NCBI GenBank assembly: GCA_951406725.2 | Contig: OX597840.1 | Coordinates: forward strand, 13,392,001-13,456,000 | Source: Octopus vulgaris | Lineage: Eukaryota | Direction: 5' to 3' | Length of the DNA stretch: 64,000 nt | Part shown: piece by piece, positions 1 through 13,956 of the stretch | How positions within the stretch are numbered: the first letter of the stretch is position 1 | Layout of the letters: every line of letters begins with the position of its first letter | The notes under the pieces: model-generated | Told to the model about the DNA's origin: nothing | The model's database searches: none | Seen by the model: only the letters and a program-made list of their open reading frames with translations | Translations under genes and position numbers: made by a program

Positions 1-480
1 CTTTTTACGTCCCGAATTCAAATTCCACCGCGGTCGTCTGCTTTTCATCCTTTCAGAGATTAATAAAATGCGTAGTAGCCGATTTATTGAGTTGACATAA
101 TCGACTAGAAGAACCCTTTCTCAACAGTTAGAGAGACGGACAAAATGCTCAGTGGAATTTCTTCAGGCTTTTTTCGTCCCGAGTTCAAATTCCAACGAGG
201 TCGTCTGCTTTTCATCCTTTCAGAAATTAATAAAAATGCGCACTAACTGATTATTGAGTTGACTTACTCGACTAGAAGAACCCTTTCTCAACAGTTAGTG
301 AGACAGACAAAATGCTCTGTGGAATTTCTGCAGGATTTTTACGTCCCGAGTTCAAATTCCAACGAGGTCGTCTGCTTTTCATCCTTTCAGATGCGTACAA
401 GCTGAGTATTGAGTTGACTTAATCGATTAGAAGAACCTTTTCTCAACAGTTTCAGTCTTTGTGCTAATGTTTGAAACCAA
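1..480 (+). repeat. Tandem array (~3 x ~167 bp) of a diverged SINE-A body
   Basis: Repeated gagttcaaattcc...gaggtcgtctgcttttcatcctttc...cgactagaagaaccctttctcaacagtt. Confidence 0.8.
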
Positions 481-743
481 TATTAAATCATAAAGTGCCA
501 CAGTTTGTCAAAACCAGACCTTACGTTGGTTCATAGAGACGGATGCTATGTGGTTAATAGTATGCGAGGATAGGTGTTATAAGATATGAGATGATGGGGA
601 AATGTAGAACAGAGTACAGTAGAGCGATGAAATGAGAGGCATGTCAACGCATGACGTAACAGAAAAGACAGACGAAAAGAGCAAAGAATTAAGACTTAAG
701 ATACATTTTGTAGATAAATGCATATTAGTTACACACACACACA

Positions 744-841
<98 letters not shown>

Positions 842-1319
842 TAATTTTATTTGTTTCAGTCATTTGACTGCGGCCATGCTGGAGCACCACCTTTAGTCGA
901 ACAAATCGACAGCAAGACTTATTCTCCGTAAGCCTGGTACTTATTCTATCAGTCTCTTTTGCCGAACAGCTTAGTAACGGGGACGTAAATACACCAACAT
1001 TGGTTGTCAAGCAATGAGTGAAATGGGTACAGTGAACCTGCCGTGAGGAGTGGAATATCTAACGCTTCGGATTCAATCCTTCGTCAGGGGACAGAGAAAA
1101 AGAGAAGGAGAAAAGTCAAGCAGAGTTTACATCGTCTCAGCTTGAGAAACTGGCTGCAACTGATAATGGACGCAGAAAAACACGGTCTGCTAACGTGAAA
1201 CGGAAGTTATAGGAGAAGGAATGCAGAAAGGAAAAGGGTGATGGTGAGGGTAGAGGTACATGAATATGGGAATGTTGCAGAGAGAGTGTGGAAGAAGGAT
1301 TAATAAGGGTAAAAAAGAA

Positions 1320-2470
1320 TTAAGAGGAGGTGAAAAGATGAAAGGCAAAACGTTCATTCAAACCTGTCAGGGACATAGTGCCAAGATGCTTAAGGTTAGG
1401 CTTATCCCTCCTGTCTTGGTTTGAGCCAACATAATCTACGCGTGCATCGCAGAATGTGTTAAAGCCTATCAACATTAGAGAGTGTGACGTACCAGAAATA
1501 GTGCCAAGATCAAATATGAGACGTTGCTCCTTTCGTTTCTTAGAGAAGGGGGTCCGTGGTGCAAGTCCATACCACACACTGATAAATCTGCAATAGAATG
1601 ATTCACAGTGTTGAAGTGGGTAGCAACAAGTTGGCCTGACATGCGTAGCATTATGCTTCTGATGTATTCGCGAAAGCGATCCCAAGGTGTCACCCTGTTT
1701 CTCCAATGTAAAGAGCACCGCAGAGTTTGCGTATGATGCAATATATGAGATTCGCCGAAGTGCAGCAGAAGTGATGTGTTATGTGATATTGCTTCTATGG
1801 GCCCTGTGAATAACCTATCTAGGTAAGTTATGGGAGACCCATCTCTACTTGACCATGTCCACACTAGAGCGTTCCTGAATTTCAATCTAATAGCTGGAAG
1901 CGACTTAGCAGATCCTTAAGGTTAGGCTTATCCCTCCTGTCTTGGTTTGAGCCAACATAATCTACGCGTGCATCGCAGAATGTGTTAAAGCCTATCAACA
2001 TTAGAGAGTGTGACGTACCAGAAATTTCTCCATGCCACAAAAATAATCACTTTTATCATCATTACTAGCTGGTGAATAAACTGCAACCAGTCTGATCGAC
2101 TCACCATTGCTGAACGAATAGCCTACTCTCTCGATCAAGAAAAATTACCTTTTTCTCTGAAACCAGTTTTTTTCTTCCGCTCACAGTATGGCATATAGAA
2201 ATTACTTTTTCATAACCAATCAGGAGTGAGAGTAAGTCCCTTGGTCTGGTCTTCCTGGTTTCAGTAGCAACAATGACATCTAATCCACGTGACCTGATGT
2301 CTTTAACAAAACGACCTTGTTTCCAGCTTGATATCAGACTACGCACATAAAAAAGAATAATAAAAAATAAATATGAAACTGCCAAAAAATCGTAACTTTT
2401 TCTATGCTTAATTATTTTAGGATTTTCTCCAAAATATTCATCCGGCTGAACACTTTCATTTGAGTTCAAA
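1320..2470 (-). mobile_element. Degenerate Tx1/L1-type LINE endonuclease fragment
   Basis: ORF pieces DVIVATET, IGFNTFCDARVD and TWSSRDGSPITYLDRLF are APE motifs and resemble ORF 38933..39685. Confidence 0.7.
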
Positions 2471-3495
2471 TAATATTATTTTTCTCTTAAAAAGCAGAAA
2501 ATATTTTGCTTTCTGAAAATTGTCCCCTTTCAACGTCACTTAAAGCCACACAACTTTTTTTGTAGCTCATGTTTTTAACAAGATTTCCACCAGGAGGTTC
2601 TTCTCATAAAGTTCTTTCAACTGAAGTAATCTCGAACGCAGAGTAATTGCGAAAACAACTTAGAAGATAGGCTAAATACCCTTAGAAAAAAGTGGTCAGC
2701 AAGCTGCTACAGATGTTCGAAACCCGTACTTCCCAAACTCCAGTTAAGAACTCAGTACAATTAAGTTAAGCGTCCCATAATAATATCTTTTATAATGCTA
2801 AATATCTTAAAATGACGAAAATATTTTGATTTGTTAAAATAATCCCTTTTTTCAATACTTAAAGTTTTTCGCCACAGTTTTTCATAGAGCTCTTTCATTT
2901 AAATACAACTATTGCCGGTTTTTTGTTACAATAGCTGAGATATTTTTTATTCAAAGTCAGTTTTGGTGGTTACTTATCTTTTCGTCACATAAAACCACAC
3001 TACTTTATTCGTAGCTAATGTTTTTATGAGGTTTTTACCAAAAGATTCTTCTCAATGAATATATTCTTTTAAATCAAATTAATTTATATTTTTCTTTTAA
3101 AATATCAGATACTTTGATTCAAACTCAAGCTTTCGCTTTACGCTCCCATATTGATCTTATATGTTTTAACATACCTTTTTTTTTAATGAACCAAATTCCA
3201 ATTATTTTATCTCAGAACTGGACCATCATTGCTAAAAAAAACTGCCTTCAATTTGGTTGAGAACTAAATTACTAATGAAGCCTAGAAGTGCTCGCGAATA
3301 ACTAAAAGATTACCTTAAGAATATATTCACTCATTGCCGTGGGTAAATGATGAAAACTATGAACATTACTTGATCTGAGAGTGTAGAAAACTTCCTTCAT
3401 TGAAATAGTTTCGTCATTAAGCTTTATTAGTTTTATCGTAGATCTGTCCCTTGAGTCTGGTAAGAAGATGCATAAACTCGATCCTCCGTTCTCTT

Positions 3496-3729
3496 CATTA
3501 TTTACATTGGATAGATATGTGTCCTCATCTTGCTTGTTTCGGCTGATTTACTCTCCAGCCTTCATCAGGTGTCCTGATAGAATTTCGAACCTAATCCTGG
3601 GTGCTCATTCATAAGGCTGGGTTCAAAATTCTACCAAGACATCTGATGAAGGCTGGAGAGTAAATCAGCCGAAACATTATGGTAAAAACAAACAAGATGA
3701 GGACACATATCCATCCAATGTAAATAATG
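3496..3729. repeat. Fold-back Penelope-like remnant with a hammerhead-type core
   Basis: Inverted arms ~3496-3591 and ~3619-3729; CTGATGAA-GGCTG...CAGCC-GAAAC at 3643-3675. Confidence 0.65.
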
Positions 3730-4049
3730 TAAATAATGTACAGAATTTCTCATCTCTAAAATATAGAACAGTATCATTCGTTCTCTTATCTTTTATTTCA
3801 TTCAGTCATTGGACTGCGGCTTTTTGGGGGGACCGCCTCGAGTTTTAATTGAATAGATCGCCACTAACACTTATTTCTTAAGCCTGGGGCTAATTCTATG
3901 CAGAACCACTAAGTTACAAGGACGGAAAGAAGCCAACACTGTCAGATTGAAAGTGTGTGTGTGGGGGGGTGCAAACTCAAGTACAAATACATATATATAT
4001 ATATACATATACGATGGGCTTCCACAGTGGTGGGGACAGACACAAGAAA

Positions 4050-4084
<35 letters not shown>

Positions 4085-4667
4085 CGATGGGTTCCCGCAC
4101 AATTTCCGCCCACCAAATTCAGTTACAAGGCATTGATCGCCCTCAAAGCTCTTGTAGAAGACACTTGCGCAAGGTTCCACTCAGTGGGGCTGAACCCGAA
4201 ACTACGTGGCTGCAAAAGCGAGATTCTTAACCACTGAGCTATACCTGAGTCTTTTGTACAATAAATAAGTAAATGTATAAATCTTTATGCGACCGCTGAA
4301 CCTGAAATAAATTGCAACCAAAGCAAGATCACATTAAATGATGTGATCCTAGACACACCGTTTCGGAAAAATAGATAAATAAAAAAATATAAAAAGTATA
4401 AATAAATAAATAAATAAAAAACATAATGGTCACAGCTGTAAAACCTTCAATCAAAACCGAGTTGGTGTCACCAGTAACAGCAAGAGCATTACTTTTACAA
4501 GCAGGTCTCACTACATACTTTTAATTTAGGGCGGACATTTTGAGGGCAGACATTTATATATTTATTTGTTGACGTCATTATTCAATATTATTATTATTTC
4601 CATAAGTAAATGATTCAGGTTTCAAATATTCTCCCCAAAAATCAATAAATATTAATATTATTTTCAG

Positions 4668-4772
4668 AATTCAGCTTTTGTTTTAGATAAACACATCCAT
4701 ATCTCACCTGCAGCTGTATCAACATATTTACCTGGTTCATCATTAGCAAACGCTGTCTTTTTCAACATCAAG
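4668..4772 (+). other. Candidate non-coding 5' UTR exon of the GCLC-like gene
   Basis: ttttcAG acceptor and a consensus AG|GTAAGT donor in non-repetitive sequence. Coding exon 1 has its own acceptor, which implies an upstream exon. Confidence 0.45.
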
Positions 4773-5117
4773 GTAAGTCTCGATTTTCATATTTATTTAC
4801 TTAAGGCGGAAAGCTGAAAAAAATCGTTAGCACCTCGGCCAAAATTCTTTGTGGCATTTCGTCCGTCTTCACATTCTGCGCCCAAGTTCCGCCAAGATCG
4901 ACTTTTACTCTTTTACTTGTTTCAGTCATTTGACTGTGGCCATGCTGGAGCACCGCCTTTAGTCGAGCAAATCGACCCCGGGACTTATTCTTTGTAAGCC
5001 TAGTACTTATTCTATCGGTTATTTTCGCCGAACCGCTAAGTTACGGGGACGTAAACACACCAGCATTGGTTGTCAAGCGATGTTGGGGGGACAAACAGAC
5101 ACAAACATATACACACA

Positions 5118-5158
<41 letters not shown>

Positions 5159-6151
5159 GCATATATACGATGGGCTTCTTTCCGTTTCCGTCTACCAAAT
5201 CCACTCACGAAGCTTTGTTTGGCCCGAGGCTATAGTAGAATACACTTGCCCAAGGTGCCATGCACTATATCTGTATCCTTTTTAAAACCCTTTTACTCTT
5301 TTCAGTCATTTGATTGCGGCCATGCTGGGGCACCACCTTGAAAGATTTTAGTCGAACAAATTGACCTAAAGACATATTATTTTTTGAAGCCTACTACTTA
5401 TTCTATCGGTCTCTCATGCCGAACCGCTAACTTACGGGGATGTAAACACACAACAAATGGTTGCCAAGTGGTAATGGGAGGACAAACAGACACTCCCATC
5501 ATTTTTTCAATCTGCAGAGAAATGGTCAAAATTTGCTCTGTTTATAATTATACCTTATGTTGCATATTTATTATATCATATCTTGATACTGTTTGGACTA
5601 AGATCCCCGTTGACAGGCTGCTGGTATTTATAGAGTGTTAAATGCTTTCAGTATGCAAATTAGGGTCTCCTTCATAGAGTAACTGCTGCATTTGTTGAGT
5701 ATGTAAACAGTTTCACTGCATTCTTCTCCGGGGACAGTAAGAATGATGTAGATGTCTCTGATGAGTTCTCAATAAGGTTCGAAAATCGATTAAGGTTGTT
5801 CGTTCTTTTTTTCAGTCTGCGGAGAAAGGGTTATAATTTTTCCTGTTTATAATTATACCATATGTTACATATGATGGAATCTATAAATTTGTAACACATC
5901 GCTACGCGTGTTTGCACAAATCACGTGATTTTAATACATGATGTTAAATTAAGCTGAAACATATTACTTAATTGTACTTTCGCTGTATATTGAATAATTT
6001 AAATAAGATAGGGTTTTATATTTCTATGGCGTGAAAAGGTTTTACACGTTAAAGTTTCCCATTTTCTTTCATTTCTATTTAGAGCCTTTACTGAAAAGAG
6101 AAGATCAGAGTTAAACTGACTGAAAGAAACGTTTGTCAGTCAAAAATACAG

Positions 6152-6301
6152 ATGGTTTTTGTTATAGATGGCACCCTAATGGCATGGGAGGAGATTAAAC
6201 TCTATATTCCACTTGTCAAGAACCAAGCAAGAATGCAGTTTGTTCATCAATACAAGAAATATAAGGACCTGAAAAACTACCCATTTTATTGGGGTGATGA
6301 G
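6152..6301 (+). CDS. GCLC: GCLC-like coding exon 1 ([16 protein letters not shown]...FYWGDE)
   Basis: ATG at 6152, 50 codons ending WGDE, donor GTAAGT at 6302. A probable acceptor (tttctatttAG, 6081-6082) gives a 5' UTR part at 6083-6151. Confidence 0.93.
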
Positions 6302-9300
6302 GTAAGTTTTTGACATACAGTTCTTTTCGGTATAAACTAACTCCTATGATTTAAAAAAAAAACTTTTACCATGATGTTTGAAAGTAGAATAGAAGACGCA
6401 CACGTGTTTAAGACGGAAAAATACGCCAATCTGGCCAACAGCTTGACGGAAGCAAACTTCCGGGTAAAGGTTTTCGCTAAAAAGGTCGAGGCCGTAGGTT
6501 TTGTGGGTAAATCTGCTTACGATCAGATGAAACAACTCTCAGTCTGTGGGAAGAATAGGATCAAAGCCCTAAAGGCAATATCAGAGACAGTGGAGACGTT
6601 TTCCAGCTGGATCTCGTCGAGGAGTAACAAAACCCTCTATTCCGGTTGAAGGCAATATTTTTGTATTTTAATGCCAAGAGAAGTAACTTTGAATGAGCCA
6701 TTGCGATAGCGCTGACGTTTCACCGCAACCATGACAACCAACTTCATTTCTTCTTCAAGTATAAATTTGAAAACTGAATCAACGGGGAGGAGTACCAACT
6801 AGATGAAATCTCCAAGCGGTTTAAATGCATAAGTCTCCGATATCCAAGAGGCTAAAAAGTGTCGGCAGATGGACACCGAGGAGTCATGACCTGGATGCGA
6901 CCGAGCTCGGCCCGGTCCGACCCTTTTAGAGTATAGGAAGAGACGAAACACTTTCAAGGGTGGGTGTTTCTTCTCTGAAGACCTTCTGCTTTCAGATCTC
7001 TTGAGAGTTTCTGACGGTGAAAAGCACGATAATTCACTTTTGAAGAAATGAATACGGGTAAAACACCAAGTTTCCAGATACCGATCGTCCAGAACATCTT
7101 ATAATCAACACCAATTTACGAGCAGGAACTTCAAATGGCCGCGGCCGCCAGACGAGCTTACTGGGACCTTGCACAGACTAATAACTTAATAACAGTACAG
7201 TAGTAATAAACTTGTATCATTTATACGAGTGGTTCTCAACAGAGGGTCCATATGACCCTTGGTGGTGGGGGACATATAACATTTTGTTGTTAAAGCTCAG
7301 GCGCCATATATTCGTTATACTTCTATAATAAACAAAATAGTTTAATTTTTTAAATACAATTCCTGATAATATATGATCATAAAAATATAATAGGATTTTT
7401 CAAACATCAAATAGCTAAGAGGGTCTACCCGAGGAATATAGGGTTCGTAGGAAATAAATGGTTGCGAACCACCGATTTATTTTAATGTACAGATACCTTT
7501 ATTTCATTTAATTATTTAAGTAAATTCAATATTTGATTTAGTGTTTGTCGACTAAGGTGCCCACCCCCGGTTCGGAAAACTCACTATTCCGGAAAGGCTT
7601 TGGAACGAAAGACTCCGGAAATTCAATGGTGTGCCCGCAATAAAGAAGTTACACATTTTTGAAGACGTAGATGATTTTAGCCCCGAAAACTACAAAACAT
7701 TAGGCATTCCACTTCTCACAGCAATTAAAATATATAACATTCTGTCTTCGATCTTTTTCTCACTAATTTTTATATATTGTATATTTTTATAGCTTGATCA
7801 TTATATAAATTCTTATATACTTCACATCATATATTTTATGCATATTGTGTATATCAAGACCTCCTCCTGGGGAAGGCTAAGGGAGTAAACCCCGACAGAA
7901 AATCCGGAGCTGGAGTCCCTAAGGCGGCCTGACTCAACACGTCATCACCGGCAACTCCTGCGACGCATCTGGTACCAAGCTGTATCGACTCGTCGTTCCC
8001 TTGGAGCTACCAGCTACGTGGAGAGGGCGGGGGTCAAACTGCATGGGCAATAGCTGATCCCTCATACAAACCTGCCCAGGCCTTGTAGCTCAACAGAAGA
8101 GGACTGGAGAGGACACTCCAGCAGTATCGTAAGATTCTGACACAACACGGGAAGGGACAGTTACCGGTGATAAGCTCAATCCGATTGGCGGAGGAAACGA
8201 GCGCCAGGGGTCACCTCTGTCGGTGGGAGAGGCCATCGAGCCTCAATGGACAGCTACCGCCCGCCTCAAGCTGGGCAGCCTCCAGCCAATAAGATGCAGT
8301 CCCGCCATGGCTCACCTGCTCCACTGGGTGCGTGGAGATTAGAGAACCATCTCGAAAAGTTAGCCAAAAAACCTCGCACCAGGCAAAAAGAAAACCACAC
8401 ACAACAGAACAAAACCTCCAGCTTTTCGGTTCGCTAGCTGGAATGTTAGAACCATGTGCACGGGGCTTACATCAGACCTACAATTGATTGACGATGCAAG
8501 GAAGACCGCTGTGATTAACCATGAACTAAATCGCCTGAATGTGGACATTGCCTGCCTACAGGAAACCCGCCTTGCTGAGATCGGCTCAATCAAAGAGGAA
8601 AACTACACCTTCTTCTGGCAGGGAAAGGCCTCAGACGAATCAAGGACTCATGGCGTTGGCTTAGCTGTTAAAAACAACCTCATCAATTACATTCAGCCAC
8701 CAAAGACTGGATCTGAGAGAATCCTTGTCCTCAGAATATCAACATCCACAGGTCCTGCAAACATCATCACTGCCTATGCGCCAACACTATCTTCATTTCC
8801 CGAGACCAAAGACCAATTCTATCAAGCTCTGGACAACGAACTATCCATGATACCTAGGTCAGAACTCCTATATCTTCTCGGTGACTTCAATGCGAGAGTG
8901 GGATCAAGCAACAACTCCTGGCCCACATGCCTGGGTAAATTCGGTAGAGGGAAAGTAAACGAGAATAGCCAAAGGCTACTGGAGCTTTGCTGCCTCCATG
9001 GACTCTGCATTACCAACACTTTCTTCGATTACAAAGAAATCCACCAAGTTTCCAGGAGACACCCGCGATCCGGTCACTGGCACCAACTCGACCTGGTCAT
9101 CACAAGGCGTGCAGACATAGCCAGCGTTCTCCTTACTCGCAGTCACCACAGCGCAGACTGTGATACAGACCACGCCTTAGTCGCCAGCAAAGTCCGCATG
9201 AGCCTGAAGAAAATGCACCACTCCAAGGAAAAATGCTGTCCGCGCATCAATACCTGCAACACCAGTAACATCGAGAAAACGTCACAATTCATCGCCAACG

Positions 9301-11635
9301 TGGAAGAGTCACTCACTAAAGCACCATCTAATGACTGCATCGACAAAAAGTGGCACTATCTTCGCGACAACATGTGCAGCTCCGCTTTCAACGCCTATGG
9401 GAAGAAAGAAAGAAAAAAATGCTGACTGGTTTGAAGCACATTGGGATGAGATAGAACCAACCACAGAAGCCAAAAGGAAAGCACATCTGGCCTACAAACA
9501 CAACCCATGCCACAGTAACCTCCAGAACCTCAGGGACGCCAGGGGGCACATCTCAGCAGACAGCCCGGCGCTGCGCCAACACTTACTGGTTGAACCTCTG
9601 CAACAGCATACAGAGTTCAGCAGACTCAGGGAATGTGCGTGAGATGTACGAGGGCTTAAAGAAGGCAACAGGCCCAGCTCCTACCAAGACGGCTCCTTTC
9701 AAGACCAAAGAGGGAGTAATAATCCAAGATCAGGAGAAACAAATGCAGTGCTGGACTGAGCCCTACCCTGAACTGTATGCTACACAGAACATCGTCACAG
9801 ACTCGGCCCTCAACGCTATCCCGGTCCTACCGGTTATGAACGAACTAGACTCTCCACCCACACTGGAAGAGCTCAGCAAGGCAATCGACACACTAGCCTG
9901 TGGCAAGGCTCCCGGGAACGATGACATCCCATCAGAAATCCTCAAATGTGGGAAACCTGCACTGCTACACCCCCTGCATGATCTACTCTGGCTCTGCGGG
10001 GAACATGGTCACAAACCGCAAGACGTGAGAGACGCTAAAATCGTCACCCTGTACAAAAAGAAAGGTAATTACAGCGACTGCAACAACTGCAGAGGTATCT
10101 CTCTACTCAGTGTAGTCGGTAAATCCTTCGCACGAGTCACACTAGCGCCCCTACAGACCTTGGCAAACCGTGTTTACCCAGAGTCACAGTGTGGTTTCAG
10201 AGCAGGATGATCCACAGTGGACATGATATTCCCACTACGACAACTGCAAGAGAAGTGCCTAGAACAACAGATGCCTCTCTATATAGCATTCATTGACCTC
10301 ACCAGGACATTCGATCTCGTCAGCAGGAATGGACTCTTTACACTTCTACAGAAGATAGGATGCCCACCGCACCTGCTCAAAGTGATAACCTCATTCCACG
10401 ACATGCACAGCACTGTCTGCTACAACGGCGCGACATCGGAAACTTTCCCAGTCAGCAGCGGAGTGAAACAAGGTTGTGTTCTTGCACCAACACTCTTCGG
10501 AATATTCTTCTCGCTGCTCCTACAGTTTGTATTTAAGACCAGCTAGGAGGGAGACTACATCCACACCAGGTGCGACGGCAAGCTTTTCAACATCCCCCGT
10601 CTACGAGCCAAAACCAAAGTCGCTAAGGTGCTCATTCGGGAGATGCTCTTCGCAGATGACGCAGCACTGATGTCACACACAGAAGCTGGGCTCCAAGAAC
10701 TTGTGAGCTGTATGTAACACGCCTGCAAAGAATTTGGTCTAAATATCAGCCTGAAGAAGACAGACGTCATGGTGCAGGGCGCAGAGCATAACCCATCAAT
10801 CTGCATAGATGGCTACAACCCAGCAGTGGTCGACAACTTCACCTATCTCGGGTCGACTATATCCAACTCTGTGTCCATCAACACAGAGGTTACGAGCAGA
10901 ATCGGCAAGGCAACAGCGGTAATGGCCAAGCTTAACAAACGGGTATTGATCAACACCAGTCTCACTGAGAATATCAAACTGAGAGTTTACCGAGCATGCG
11001 TACTGAGCATACTGCTGTACAGAAGCGAGACATGGACCACCTACGCCCGACACGAGAAACAACTCAATAGCTTCCACCTAAGGTACCTGCGGCGCATTCT
11101 CCATATCAAATGGCAGGACAGGATCACTAACACAGAGGTTTTGGACCGTGCCAACATGTACAGCATGCAAACATCACTCTGTGAGAGGCGTCTTCGGTGG
11201 CTAGGTCATGTCAGCGGAATGGATGCAGGACGGATTCCAAAGGACCTACTGTACGGAGAGCTAACGGAATGCTCCAGAACAATGGGACGCCCCAAACTGC
11301 GCCTCAAGGATATCTGCAAGAGGGACCTAAAGCTATGCCAGATCAACACCCAAACTTGGGAATCCGCTGCTGCCGACAGAAGCGCCTGGCGACACAGTGT
11401 CAAGCACGGTGCCATGAGAGCAGAGAACCTGAGGACCACAACTGCCAAACTAAAGAGAACCAGGCGAAAGGAGCAGCAACAGCAACCACAGCTCTGATCC
11501 CCCTTTCACTTGCACCAGATGTGGTAGAGACTACCACTCGATGATTGGTCTGCACAGCCACACCAGGAAGTGCAGATAAACCCACCACCTTTTCTGAGCT
11601 ACACCATCGTCTTTCGAGACGGACGGATGCCGAAA

Positions 11636-11694
<59 letters not shown>

Positions 11695-12001
11695 CAACAA
11701 TTAAGGAATGGCCTTAATAGGCCATTCGGCCCACTAGCTGGTTTGCCATTAAAAACACCGAAACGATGCATCGTCTAAAGATGAATTAGGGTAAATGTTT
11801 TTAAATTTTCATTTAATTTCTGAATTACTACTACTTAGCGGTTTGAGTCCTGGCTGCTTCTTCTAGTGGGCCGAATGGCCTATTAAGGCCATTCCTTAAT
11901 TGTTGTTGAATTTATATATATAGTCTTTGACTATTTTCTCTTTCCCACTAGACCGCTGGTAGCGATAAATTTCTATTGAATTTTTTGCTACCCTAAATTG
12001 A

Positions 12002-12051
<50 letters not shown>

Positions 12052-12408
12052 AAATAAGAAAATGGAGGAACAGATTCATTTTAATCATCGACTTACAGAT
12101 ATTACCAATTCATATTATTTATTAACTACATAAATAGGAACATCTAAATCCAACAAAATAAAACAATATACATCAATAAGTAAGATAATACCATAAAAAT
12201 AATATACATAAAATGGATCTTACAGCTGTTTCAGCCTGTAGATAAAGGTATCTCATTCTGCCTATATTAGTCAGATGTATTGAGGTAATATGCAGTTAAA
12301 AATGAGTTATTTATATATATATATCTCAAGGCCTCGTCAGAGATTATAAAGTATAATTATAAAAATATAAAAATGTAAATATAAATATGAAACAAAATGT
12401 ATACACAA

Positions 12409-12457
<49 letters not shown>

Positions 12458-13290
12458 ATATTTCGGAATGGTCATATTGCCAGTTTAGCCAATAAAAACA
12501 CACGCACTATATATTTGGTGTTATTTTGCTTCAGTGATATTTATTTTTTACATTAATCTTAATCTTATTTCGGCCAAAGTTCTTTCGTTACACTCCTGTG
12601 ACCGCATCAGTGGTCCTTTGTTTTCTTCTCACTTACTTGTGTCTCTCCTTACTAACCGTCAGCCATTTTGTATTTCTATTGTATGTCTTCATTTGCGCAT
12701 GCTTATATCTCTATGTGCGTCTATGTTTATTTAGTGTGTGGGGGGGATGCCTGTAATATTTGTATCTTCTGGTTATATACATTCTTGTAATTTGTATTTT
12801 GTTTTTGTTGTTGTTGCTTTTGTTCTAATTTTGTTCATGTGTTTACATCCACCCATTATTATCATTACATATGCTTGTATGTATGTATAACAACAATATT
12901 AGTAATAATAATAATAAATCTAATCGAATGAACATTGGAGACAACTCAAGGAAGGTAAAAGCTCATCGATTCTGTACCAACACGCCGAACAAGAACACGG
13001 GGGATCAATCAATAACATAGAGATTAAGATATTGTCCACACATAGAACAGATGCAACAATTAGACAAATTACAGAAGCTACACATATAATAGAAAATAAA
13101 CCTAGCCTGAATAGAAAACTAGAATGGAGCAATAGCGCACACCACAACATATGACAATAGTGGATCCTGCAAACATAATAAATACACAGGTAATTAAAGA
13201 AATAGAAATGAATATCTATATATATGTATATGTGTATATGTATATGTGTATATATATGTATATGTATATGTGTATATATGTGTATATATG

Positions 13291-13321
<31 letters not shown>

Positions 13322-13882
13322 GTATATTCTTTTTTTTTCTTTTTTTTTCGATTAGATTTATTATTATTATTACTAATATTGTTGTTATACATACATACAA
13401 GCATATGTAATGATAATAATGGGTGGATGTAAACACATGAACAAAATTAGAACAAAAGCAACAACAACAAAAACAAAATACAAATTACAAGAATGTATAT
13501 AACCAGAAGATACAAATATTACAGGCATCCCCCCCACACACACACTAAATAAACATAGACGCACATAGAGATATAAGCATGCGCAAATGAAGACATACAA
13601 TAGAAATACAAAATGGCTGACGGTTAGTAAGGAGAGACACAAATAAGAAAGAAGAAAGCAAAGGACCACTGATGCGGTCACAGGAGTGTGACGAAAGAAC
13701 TCTGGCTGAAATAAGATTAAGATTAATGTAAAAAATAAATATCACTGAAGCAAAGTAACACCAAATATATAGTGCGTGTGTTTTTATTGGCTAAACTGGC
13801 AATATGACCATTCCGAAATATAACAATATCTGTTTCAACACACGACTTCACATAAAAAATCTTGCACAACAAATATTTAAAC

Positions 13883-13956
<74 letters not shown>

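Noticed and set aside
632-1010. ORFs rich in [12 protein letters not shown] here and throughout (e.g. 13151, 17566, 26333, 38154, 46429)
   Set aside because: They are translations of (CA)n, (TA)n and (TAA)n microsatellites.
5502-5872. Diverged ~65-bp direct repeat upstream of coding exon 1 as a regulatory element
   Set aside because: No recognisable motif; more likely an old duplication or repeat remnant.
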